A stretch of 64,000 nt of DNA from Eledone cirrhosa (lineage: Eukaryota): NCBI GenBank assembly GCA_964016885.1, contig OZ024756.1, positions 2,976,001 through 3,040,000 on the forward strand, read 5' to 3'. Both the position numbers and the translations under genes were made by a program. The first letter of the stretch is position 1, and the number at the start of each line of letters is the position of its first letter. Below, in pieces: positions 1 to 9,277 of this stretch. The notes below the pieces were generated by a model that saw nothing but the letters and a program-made list of their open reading frames with translations, had not been told where the DNA came from and ran no database searches.

Positions 1-1
1 A

Positions 2-226
2 TCGAGATTTAAACGATGTTGCCGTTGATCCCACGTAATACCAATCGTTGCCTCCGGATTTAATGGTACACTTATAAATAATATTTTTTTCCAGGCAGTT
101 ATTGCCGAGGGGGCAGTTGTCAGGATAGGTGCAGTTACAGTTGTGTACGTTGGGTTTTCTCTGGAGTAGTATTGCGGACGAACGTAGGTGTGGTTTATTT
201 ATGTTCTGTAGTGTATTGTCTACTGT
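2..226 (-). CDS. PLE Cys linker and N-terminal half of GIY-YIG endonuclease, in the -1 frame relative to RT
   Basis: Manual translation: TVDNTLQNINKPHLRSSAILLQRKPNVHNCNCTYPDNCPLGNNCLEKNIIYKCTIKSGGNDWYYVGSTATSFKSR, open to the window edge; IIY...YVG...R motif. Confidence 0.88.
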
Positions 227-2028
227 TTTTTTGTGTTCTTTGTACTTAAGTTTTTAGTGTTTTCGTTTAACCTTCTAGTATTGATCTTTTTTATGTGTTG
301 TTCAAGATTTAACGCTGTAGAGTATGACAGTCTTATAGTGGTAGGGTTTAGGATTTTGTGGTATCTGTGTGATGTAGGAAAATGTCTCTTAATTATTTTA
401 AAGAAGAGTACTGGTAAATTTGTACTAATGGAACTATTGTATTCAGGGTTATACCATAAGTACTCTTTGCATCGCTTTCTATTAGTTTTGTTTGTTGGTT
501 TACTGGTGTGTATACTATGGTAGTAAGTGTGGTTTGGTGTTGTGTTATTATATCTACCTATGTGGGATTTATTTTGGGTGTTTTGATTGTTCTCATCTAT
601 ATACTCTATTTTGTTGAGGTAGCCTGCTTTACTAAGGGCGTTATCGTAGTACTCGGCGTGTTCCTTAAATACTTGTATGTTAGAAGATAGACCCGATATT
701 CTAAGGGAAATATTTTTAGGGATAGATTTAATTATAGAGATGGGGTGGTTAGACCCAACATTTACGTACTTGAGATTTTCATTCAATTTATGAAACGGTT
801 TAATCAGACCAGAGTTTAAATTGAGTGTGACATCCAGGAAGTTAACTACTTTAAGGTTGTATTCATATGTTATAGTTAGTCCTATTTCGAGTAGTAGTTT
901 TCTTATATCTTTGCGTAGTTTTTCTAGTTTTTGGTTATTTATGTTTTTAACTAGGAGGAGAACATCGTCGCGGTATATTCCGCCGTGGAGATTGCTGAAT
1001 TTTTCCTGGAGTCTAAAGGCGATAAATAACCCCACAATATCAGTTATTTCCGCCGAATCGTTAGAGCCCATTGTTATGTCAAAGTTAGAGGGTCTATCTT
1101 TACGTACCCAATAACTGTTCTCAAATTTGACTATAGTTTTCCTAGCTTCTAATATAATCTTAATTTCATCGTTTGTAAGATCAGAGTTATCCTTAGAAAA
1201 CTTAATGGCTCTATTCAAAGTTTCAGGTGATATCGATGAGTAATATTCGTCGATATCAAACTGGATAAACTTAGATTTGTTCTTATTGCTAATGCTATTA
1301 AACCATCTTATTGCTTCTTGGGTCTTCCCCCAGAGTTTAATGTTAACCTTAGCCTTAATTTGGGGGATGATTCTATCTAAGATATATTTGCTTATTTTAC
1401 CTATATCTGATTTAGAGGGGCAGATTAATCTAATTTTAGGGTCATTATCAAAGTTTACCTTATGGTCCTTAAGATTGAAGATGGGTACCGCCGGTAAGAG
1501 TGGTCCTGTCCTATCTTCGATCCCGAGATTTTTCACTATTTCGCATGCCTCATCATTAATGTGCTTAAGAGTTACTTCATTCGTTTTTCTATATGTTTTA
1601 TGTAATTCTTTTCGAATGAAGTTGTTGTATGTAGTGCAGTCCATAGTATACAGGTTTGATGTTTTGTCCGCTTTTACTACAATTCCTTTGGTGTTTTTAA
1701 GGTCGTCCAGTAGTTTTTTAATATCTTTCTGTAATTTGTTGTTGGTGTTACGTCCTTTGAATTTAATTTTAAGGATTAAGTCCATAAGGTCCTGCTCAAA
1801 TGCATCTAATAGTGGGTTGGTGGGTGGGTTTTTACACGTTCTAAAACCAAATTTGTTGTTTACACCACTTTCCGATGGTGAGTTCATACGGCTTCTATCA
1901 TAGTGGAGCGTTTTCCACCTGACACGTCGAATGAATTCATTAGTTTTTTGAATCATACTCAATAAGTATTCCCTTTTACCTTGGGTTGGTATGATTTTGA
2001 GTGACATATCCAGGTAGTGTTTTTCCAT
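220..2028 (-). CDS. PLE reverse transcriptase (602 aa; truncated by a frameshift before the endonuclease)
   Basis: ADKTSNLY; RLICPSKSDIGKISK; motif A FIQFDIDEYYSSI; motif B ITMGSNDSAEITD; motif C GIYRDD; VNFLDVTL; YVNVGSNHP thumb. Confidence 0.92.
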   Translation of the reverse strand: MEKHYLDMSLKIIPTQGKREYLLSMIQKTNEFIRRVRWKTLHYDRSRMNSPSESGVNNKFGFRTCKNPPTNPLLDAFEQDLMDLILKIKFKGRNTNNKLQKDIKKLLDDLKNTKGIVVKADKTSNLYTMDCTTYNNFIRKELHKTYRKTNEVTLKHINDEACEIVKNLGIEDRTGPLLPAVPIFNLKDHKVNFDNDPKIRLICPSKSDIGKISKYILDRIIPQIKAKVNIKLWGKTQEAIRWFNSISNKNKSKFIQFDIDEYYSSISPETLNRAIKFSKDNSDLTNDEIKIILEARKTIVKFENSYWVRKDRPSNFDITMGSNDSAEITDIVGLFIAFRLQEKFSNLHGGIYRDDVLLLVKNINNQKLEKLRKDIRKLLLEIGLTITYEYNLKVVNFLDVTLNLNSGLIKPFHKLNENLKYVNVGSNHPISIIKSIPKNISLRISGLSSNIQVFKEHAEYYDNALSKAGYLNKIEYIDENNQNTQNKSHIGRYNNTTPNHTYYHSIHTSKPTNKTNRKRCKEYLWYNPEYNSSISTNLPVLFFKIIKRHFPTSHRYHKILNPTTIRLSYSTALNLEQHIKKINTRRLNENTKNLSTKNTKKQ

Positions 2029-2232
2029 TGTTGTGGTTGCGTTTGCTGTGTGGGTTGCTCGACTTTACAGGAGGTAAATATACAGTATTTTCCGTAGTGT
2101 TGTAATATAAATATTACACACAGTAGATGGACAGCTCACGTAGAGTTTGCTCGACGGTTCCAGTTGTAGTTCCAAAAGTAATCCGGAGAAAAATAGAAGG
2201 ATTTTAATGGATACAGTTTAGTTAAAAGGAAT

Positions 2233-2353
2233 TTATTGACACGTGTTTCTATAACAGTTACATAACCTGAAAACAGCTGCTATCTACAAAGTATTAGTTA
2301 TGCAGACATTCAATATTTCAATGTTATTATCAACTGTCATTTCATCGGAATAA
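2233..2353 (-). ncRNA. Type I hammerhead ribozyme with expanded stem II in the PLE pseudo-LTR
   Basis: Minus strand: TTATT CCGATGA A ATGACAGTT [72 nt] AACTGTTAT A GAAA CACGTG TC AATAA. Confidence 0.75.
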
Positions 2354-2752
2354 TTTTACTGAGGACCTGTTTGGTTTTTATAGAGAATATTAGGAGGGAG
2401 GGGTGAAGTTGTTAGAAGAATAGTCGAGGGAGTGGTTTTTTGATAGCAGTGAGAATTTTTGGTGGCAGTGAGTAATTAGATTCCCATCTGTTGTTTTGAC
2501 CAATATATTATTGGTTATTTTTCTAAATCTATATGTGTCTAAAAGCGACCATAACTATGTATATATATCCGTCAAAAATGATGTTTGATTTAATAACCCC
2601 TTGATTACAACATTCTATATAATATGCTTAAATCCTCCACATTCGTAGATACTCCGGCCATCGCAGTATTTCTTTTACATTCAGTTAAAACAATTATAAC
2701 ATTTTTCTTCCGGATTTTCTTTAAGCATTATCAAACATAAATCCATTAAATC

Positions 2753-3186
2753 ACCTACCTACCACCTACCTACCTACCTACCTACCTACCTACCTTCCTA
2801 CCTACCTACCTACCTACCTACCTACCTACTTACCTACGTACATACCTACCTACTTACTTACCTACCTACCTACCTACCTACATACCTACCTACCTATCTA
2901 CCTACCTACCTACCTACCTACATACATACCTACCTACCTACCTACCTACCTACCTACTTACTTACCTACCTACCTACCTACCTACCTACCTACCTACCTA
3001 TCTACCTACCTACCTACCTACCTACCTACATACCTACCTACCTACCTACCTACCTACCTACCTACCTACCTACCTACCTACTTACTTACCTACCTACCTA
3101 CCTACCTACCTACCTACCTATCTACCTACTTACCTACATACCTACCTACCTCACCTACCTACCTACCTACTTACCTACCTATCTAC
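2753..3186 (+). repeat. (TACC)n microsatellite
   Basis: Direct reading, with TACT/TACA/TATC variant units. Confidence 0.98.
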
Positions 3187-4051
3187 GCCCTCGGAGAAGC
3201 CCTAGACATGGAGGAGGACGAACTGGCCAACCTGTTCGGTAGGACATTCAGCCCGGGACCTATGGACAACTCCCAGAAGTCCCTGGCCTGGCAGTGCTAC
3301 CGAGGGGCTTTACCCGTTCGAGAAAGGCTCTACAGACACGGGCGCCCGGGTAGGGACCCCGCCAAAAAGATCTGTCCCAGATGCGTGTGCGACGAGGAAA
3401 CCGTTGCACACGCATTGGTACACTGCTCGGGCGTAGCCGATCTGTGGGGCTATGTCGAACAACTGCTGTCAAGGGTGGGACCGATCCTGTTGACCACCGA
3501 GTCTATTCTAATGATCAATCCGCCTCCCCCCTTCAAAGATGAAGCAGATGCGGTGTTTCTGTGCGTAATAGCCATGGCGAAAGAGGTTGTATGGTGGACG
3601 CGTCTGAAAGGACTGAGGTCAGGCACCTTTCTCTCTGGCCAACAACTGGTCCGTTTCATCCGATATCATTTCGGAAGAAGGATCAGGATGGAGAGAGAGG
3701 TGCTGCACCCCAGCCGTTTCTATGAAAGATGGGTGAAAGTGGCGAGAATTGCCCGTGTGAATGGGCCTTCACTCTACATCAGACTATAGGTGAGGAAGAT
3801 GAAAGACCAAGGGAGCACCCCTTCTCTGTGCTCCTGAGGAGAAGGGTTGCACACTTTTTTCGGGGGTGTGTACGACCCCCCAAGGCGCCTCCTCTCTATT
3901 GAGGATTTTGTTAAAAATTTTATTTTTTGTTATATCTTATTTTATTTTTATATTTTGTTATTGCCTCCTCCTTATTGAGGACGCCTTTTTGTGTAAACTC
4001 CCCCCTTTGTACTTGTCCCACTTTTGATGCCCTAGTGGCAAATAAAAGAAA
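3185..4051 (+). mobile_element. 5'-truncated Tx1-like LINE, copy 1
   Basis: Near-identical to 12111-12977 of the full-length copy; ORF2 C-terminus ([14 protein letters not shown]) and 3' UTR ending GTGGCAAATAAAAGAAA. Confidence 0.95.
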
Positions 4052-4054
4052 CAT

Positions 4055-5300
4055 ATCTATCTACATACCCCGCCTACCTACCTAGCTACCTACCTACCTA
4101 CCTACCTACCTACCTACCTACCTACCTACCTACCTACCTACCTACCTACCTACCTACATACCCACCTACCTACCTACCTACATACCTACTTACTTACCTA
4201 CCTACTTACCTACCTACCTACCCACCTACCTACCTACATACCTACCTACCTACCTACCTACCTACCTACATACCTACTTACTTACCTACCTACTTACCTA
4301 CCTACCTACCTACCTACCTACCTACCTACCTACCTATCCACCTACCTACCTACCTACTTACCTACCTACCTACCTACATACCTACCCACCTACCTACCTA
4401 CCTACTTACCTACCTACCTACCTACCCACCTACCTACCTACCTACTTACCTACCTATCTACCTACCTACCTACCTACCTACCTACCCCGCTGCCTACCTA
4501 CCTACCTACCCACCTACCTACCTACCTACCTACCTACCTACCTACCTACCTACCCACCTACCTACCTACCTACTTACCTACCTACCTAGCTACCTACCTA
4601 CCTACCTACCTACCTATCTACCTACCTACCTACTTACCCACCTATCTACCTACCTACCTACCTACCCACCTACCTACCTACCTACCTACCTACCTACCCA
4701 CCTACCTACCTACCTATCTACCTACCTACTTACCCACCTATCTACCTACCTACCTACCTACCTACCTACATACCTACTTACTTACCTACCTACTTACCTA
4801 CCTACATAGCTACCTACCTACCCACCTACCTACCTACCTACCTACCCACCTACCTACCTACCTACCTACCTACCTACCTACCTACTTACCTACCTACCTA
4901 CCTACCTACTTACCTACCTACCTACCTACCTACCTACTTACCTACCCCACCTACCTACCTACCTACCTACCTACCTACTTACCTACCCCACCTACCTACC
5001 TACCTACCTACCTACTTACCTACCCCACCTACCTACCTACCTACCTACCTACCTACCTACCTACCTACCTACCCACCTACCTACCTACCTACCTACTTAG
5101 CTACCTACCTACCTACCTACCTACCTACCCACCTACCTACCTACCTACCTACTTAGCTACCTACCTACCCACCTACCTACCTACTTACCTACCCACCTAC
5201 CTACCTACTTACCTACCTACCTACCTATCTACCTACCTACCTACCTACCTACCTACCTACCTACTTACCTACCTACCTATCTAACTATCTACTTACCTAC
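4055..5300 (+). repeat. (TACC)n microsatellite
   Basis: Direct reading, ~1.2 kb. Confidence 0.98.
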
Positions 5301-6050
5301 CGAGGGGCTTTACCCGTTCGAGAAAGGCTCTACAGACACGGGCGCCCGGGTAGGGACCCCGCCAAAAAGATCTGTCCCAGATGCGTGTGCGACGAGGAAA
5401 CTGTTGCACACGCATTGGTACACTGCTCGGGCGTAGCCGATCTGTGGGGCTATGTCGAACAACTGCTGTCAAGGGTGGGACCGATCTGGTTGACCACCGA
5501 GTCTATTGTAATGATCAAGCCGCCTCCCCCCTTCAAAGATGAAGCAGAGGCGGTGTTTCTGTGCGTAATAGCCATGGCGAAAGAGGTTGTATGGTGGACG
5601 CGTCTGAAAGGACTGAGGTCAGGCACCTTTCTCTCTGGCCAACAACTGGTCCGTTTCTTCCGATATCATTTCGAAAGAAGGATCAGGATAGAGAGAGAGG
5701 TGCTGCACCCCAGCCGTTTCTATGAAAGATGGGTGAAAGTGGCGAGAATGGCCCGTGTGAATGGGCCTTCACTCTACATGAGACTATAGGTGAGGAAGAT
5801 GAAAGACCAAGGGAGCACCCCTTCTCTGTGCTCCTGAGGAGAAGGGTTGCACACTTTTTCCGGGGGTGTGTGCGACCCCCCAAGGCGCCTCCTCTCTATT
5901 GAGGATTTTGTTAAAAATTTTATTTTTTGTGATATCTTATTTTATTTTTATATTTTGTTATTGCCTCCTCCTTATTGAGGACGCCTTTTTGTGTAAACTC
6001 CCCCCTTTGTACTTGTCCCACTTTTGATGCCCTAGTGGCAAATAAAAAAA
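5297..6050 (+). mobile_element. 5'-truncated Tx1-like LINE, copy 2
   Basis: Near-identical to the 3' ~750 bp of the full-length copy. Confidence 0.95.
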
Positions 6051-6260
6051 TCTATCTACTTACCTACCTACCTACCTACATACCTACCTACCTACCCACC
6101 TATCTACCTACCTACCTACCTACCTACCTACTTACCTACCTACCTACCTAGCTACCTACCTACTTACCTACCTACCTACCTACCTACCTACCTACCTACC
6201 TACCTACCTACTTACCTACCTACCTACCTACCTACCTACCTACCTACCTACCTACTTACC
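6051..6260 (+). repeat. (TACC)n microsatellite
   Basis: Direct reading. Confidence 0.98.
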
Positions 6261-6261
6261 T

Positions 6262-7224
6262 TGCCAGGCGCTCACCGCCCTCTGGCAGGCGGATCCGGTT
6301 ATCAGTGGAGACTCCACCGCAACATTCTATAGAGGGCTGGTACGCAGCAGGTGCGACGACGCCCTCGGAGAAGCCCTAGACATGGGGGAGGACGAACTGG
6401 CCAGCCTGTTCGGTAGGACATTCAGCCCAGGACCTATGGACAACTTCCAGAAGTCCCTGGCCTGGCAGTGCTACCGAGGGGCTTTACCCGTTCGAGAAAG
6501 GCTCTACAGACACGGGCGCCCGGGTAGGGACCCGCCAAAAAGATCTGTCCCAGATGCGTGTGCGACGAGGAAACCGTTGCACACGCATTGGTACACTGCT
6601 CGGGCGTAGCCGATCTGTGGGGCTATGTCGAACAACTGCTGTCAAGGGTGGGACCGATCCGGTTGACCACCGAGTCTATTGTAATGATCAATCCGCCTCC
6701 CCCCTTCAAAGATGAAGCAGAGGCGGTGTTTCTGTGCGTAATAGCCATGGCGAAAGAGGTTGTGTGGTGGACGCGTCTGAAAGGACTGAGGTCAGGCACC
6801 TTTCTCTCTGGCCAACAACTGGTCCGTTTCTTCCGATATCATTTCGGAAGAAGGATCAGGATGGAGAGAGAGGTGCTGCACCCCAGTCGTTTTTATGAAA
6901 GGTGGGTGAAAGTGGCGAGAATGGCCCGTGTGAATGGGCCTTCTCTTTACATAAGCCTGTAGGTGGAAAAGAGGAAGGAACGAGGGAGCACCCCCTCTCT
7001 GTGCTCCTGAGGAAAAGGGTTGCACACTTTTTTCGGGGGTGTGTGCGACCCCCCAAGGCGCCTCCTCTCTATTGAGGATTTTGTTAAAAATTTTATTTTT
7101 TGTTATATCTTATTTTATTTTTATATTTTGTTATTGCCTCCTCCTTATTGAGGACGCCTTTTTGTGTAAACTCCCCCCTTTGTACTTGTCCCACTTTTGA
7201 TGCCCTAGTGGCAAATAAAAGAAA
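6262..7224 (+). mobile_element. 5'-truncated Tx1-like LINE, copy 3 (frameshifted, with a divergent patch)
   Basis: Matches ~12013-12977; 1-bp deletion in GGACCCC near 6530; divergent segment 6887-7013. Confidence 0.95.
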
Positions 7225-7453
7225 CTTATCTATCTCTGGGATGGACACACGCGTATAACTTGCTGAGTAAGTTCTGTTTAAATTTCTATAGAAATTCTTG
7301 TCTGATAACTTTAATTTTTGTACCATTTTGTAGAAGTACTGCCAGGTCAAACTTTGATCTGGTCAGTCTCTCAAAATATTCTACGCCTTTAGGCGAAATA
7401 GTTAAACAAAAAAAAAAAAGTTTTTTCTTGTTGAAAAGTCAATATTTTTTTAA

Positions 7454-9253
7454 ATGGCCGAAGCTTCTTCACCAAAATTCGAAGGAGGAAAGGGGAAGAT
7501 GAACTTACAGCTTCCCCCTGCCACTGTCACAGTAGCAGAGGTCAAGAAGAAAGGTCAGCCAGAGGAAGATTTCTCTCCACCTGTTAACCGACAACTTGAC
7601 GTTGCCATGGCAACAACCCAAAGAACCAGCAGCAACAGCAACACCAACAACAATGCGACGGACGAAAACAACACCAATAACAATAACAATAACAATAACA
7701 ACAACAACAAGACCAATAACGGTGACAACAACAACAATGATAACAACAACACCACCAACGACAACAACAACACAAACAAACAAAATTTCTCCTTCGCCGA
7801 GACGACAAGGAAAACCCTCGACTATCTGCCAGTAGATATAACAAAAGCGAAGGAACTACTGGCGGATGCGAAAAAATATATAGTGTACGGGGAAAATGGT
7901 TCATTCACAATCCATTCCCCCCCGGAACTAAAAAGCCAGAGACTCCTAAACACGGTCATGTTTAGGACAATCTCGAACAAAAGTAAAAAACCAGCTCAAC
8001 CATCACAGAGCGAGATAGAGCTGGTTTTAAAAGAGGTCATGAAGGACATCACCTTCATTCAGAAGGATAGACTCTACGGGAGTCTATCCATTCTCATGAA
8101 GGACAGGGACACAGCAGTGAAACTGTCCATCAAACCAATCACATCCACCGCATACACCTTCTACCCTACGTACATGGGTAGAAGAACACAAAAAATAAAA
8201 ATCCACACCATCCTGCCGATTATGGACATATGGTGGGTTTTGACAGGTTTTCTGGACCTGGAGGATGACATGCTGGTGTCCATGGGAAAGGCATCGGGTG
8301 ACGCGTTCAGTGGAACGAGCCTCGAACTTGTAGTTCAAATGAGGCCCGAAAGGATCGCCCAGATCCCTGAACGCGTCATACTGGATGATCTAACCTTCAT
8401 CAACATTACCGTTGAGGGTAGACGGCCCTCGTGTTACCTCTGCGGAACCAGAGGTCACCTGAGGGCTGTCTGTCCCCAACTTAATAAGAAAACCCCAATC
8501 CTGCCTACACCACCAACAACTGCACAACCAACACAATCACCACAACTACCACTACAAAAACAACCACCACAGCTCAAACCAAAACAAAACAATGTCCAAC
8601 CCATCCCCTCCACTCAAAAAACAAAAACAATTTCCAAAACACCCGTACCGCAAACACAACCCGAAAATATACCCCTCCCCTCCAACGCGGAAGATGACCC
8701 TAGTTCGTCGTCAGACGAGGAGGAGCACTTCCACACAATCAAAAGAAAAAAAAGAAAACACACCTCAGACACACAAATGAAAAAAAACCCTCCCCAAAAC
8801 ATAACACTGACACCAACACAAAAGAGCTCACAACAACAGCAAACAAAAAACACCACACAAAAACAAAAACATGCATACACATACATAAATACAAGAAACA
8901 AAAAACTGTTAAACATTGTGTACAACAACAATCTAATAAAAACACAAGGGCCTAACTTCACCCAGGCAGGGGATTTCCCCCACCTCAAAATGATTAAGGC
9001 CCCACAGGACACCTATAAAACTTTAAAAAACAATTTTAAAGAGGACGTGGGTCCCCCCTGCGTCGGGCCCATTAACCGCGTCCTCCTAAAAAACTATCCC
9101 ACCCCCTCCCCAAACACCCACACAACTCCAAGCTCCCCAACCACACAACACACTGATGCCCCCACACTTCCACAAACCACCACCCCACCCAACAACCCAT
9201 CCCCCACCCTAATGGAAATTGTGCAGCCCGATACCCGGGACGCAGAGAGGTAA
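7454..9253 (+). CDS. ORF1 gag-like nucleic-acid-binding protein (599 aa)
   Basis: CX2CX4HX4C knuckle CYLCGTRGHLRAVC; N-terminal poly-Asn; Pro/Gln/Thr-rich linker; SSSSDEEE followed by KRKKRK (NLS-like); good Kozak context AAATGG. Confidence 0.9.
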   Translation: MAEASSPKFEGGKGKMNLQLPPATVTVAEVKKKGQPEEDFSPPVNRQLDVAMATTQRTSSNSNTNNNATDENNTNNNNNNNNNNNKTNNGDNNNNDNNNTTNDNNNTNKQNFSFAETTRKTLDYLPVDITKAKELLADAKKYIVYGENGSFTIHSPPELKSQRLLNTVMFRTISNKSKKPAQPSQSEIELVLKEVMKDITFIQKDRLYGSLSILMKDRDTAVKLSIKPITSTAYTFYPTYMGRRTQKIKIHTILPIMDIWWVLTGFLDLEDDMLVSMGKASGDAFSGTSLELVVQMRPERIAQIPERVILDDLTFINITVEGRRPSCYLCGTRGHLRAVCPQLNKKTPILPTPPTTAQPTQSPQLPLQKQPPQLKPKQNNVQPIPSTQKTKTISKTPVPQTQPENIPLPSNAEDDPSSSSDEEEHFHTIKRKKRKHTSDTQMKKNPPQNITLTPTQKSSQQQQTKNTTQKQKHAYTYINTRNKKLLNIVYNNNLIKTQGPNFTQAGDFPHLKMIKAPQDTYKTLKNNFKEDVGPPCVGPINRVLLKNYPTPSPNTHTTPSSPTTQHTDAPTLPQTTTPPNNPSPTLMEIVQPDTRDAER

Positions 9254-9277
9254 GTGCCTTTTCTCTTCACCACCAAC

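Larger units (their letters stand above)
1..2520 (-). mobile_element. Penelope-like retroelement, C-terminal EN+ type (probably Hydra clade); runs off the window start
   Basis: RT ORF followed by a GIY-YIG domain. The upstream pseudo-LTR (~2030-2520) holds an HHR and what looks like an ORF-end reading (NLITHCHQK). Clade assignment is from recalled motifs (N-terminal SLKIIP..EFIRRVRWK, CxCx5CPLx3C linker), not a phylogeny. Confidence 0.85.

Noticed and set aside
233-1903. Plus-strand ORFs over the PLE, and alternative-frame ORFs over the Tx1 copies
   Set aside because: Antisense or shadow frames of the retroelement ORFs, with no recognisable motifs
2260-2345. SECIS element or selenoprotein PLE (Naiad-like)
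   Set aside because: The RT ORF has no in-frame TGA, the endonuclease is C-terminal, and I could not build a convincing AUGA/GA quartet with an apical AA
2753-6260. (CCTA)n as a telomeric repeat with telomere-specific retrotransposons
   Set aside because: The unit is 4 bp (TAGG), not TTAGGG or TTAGG, and the array is interstitial with ordinary sequence on both sides
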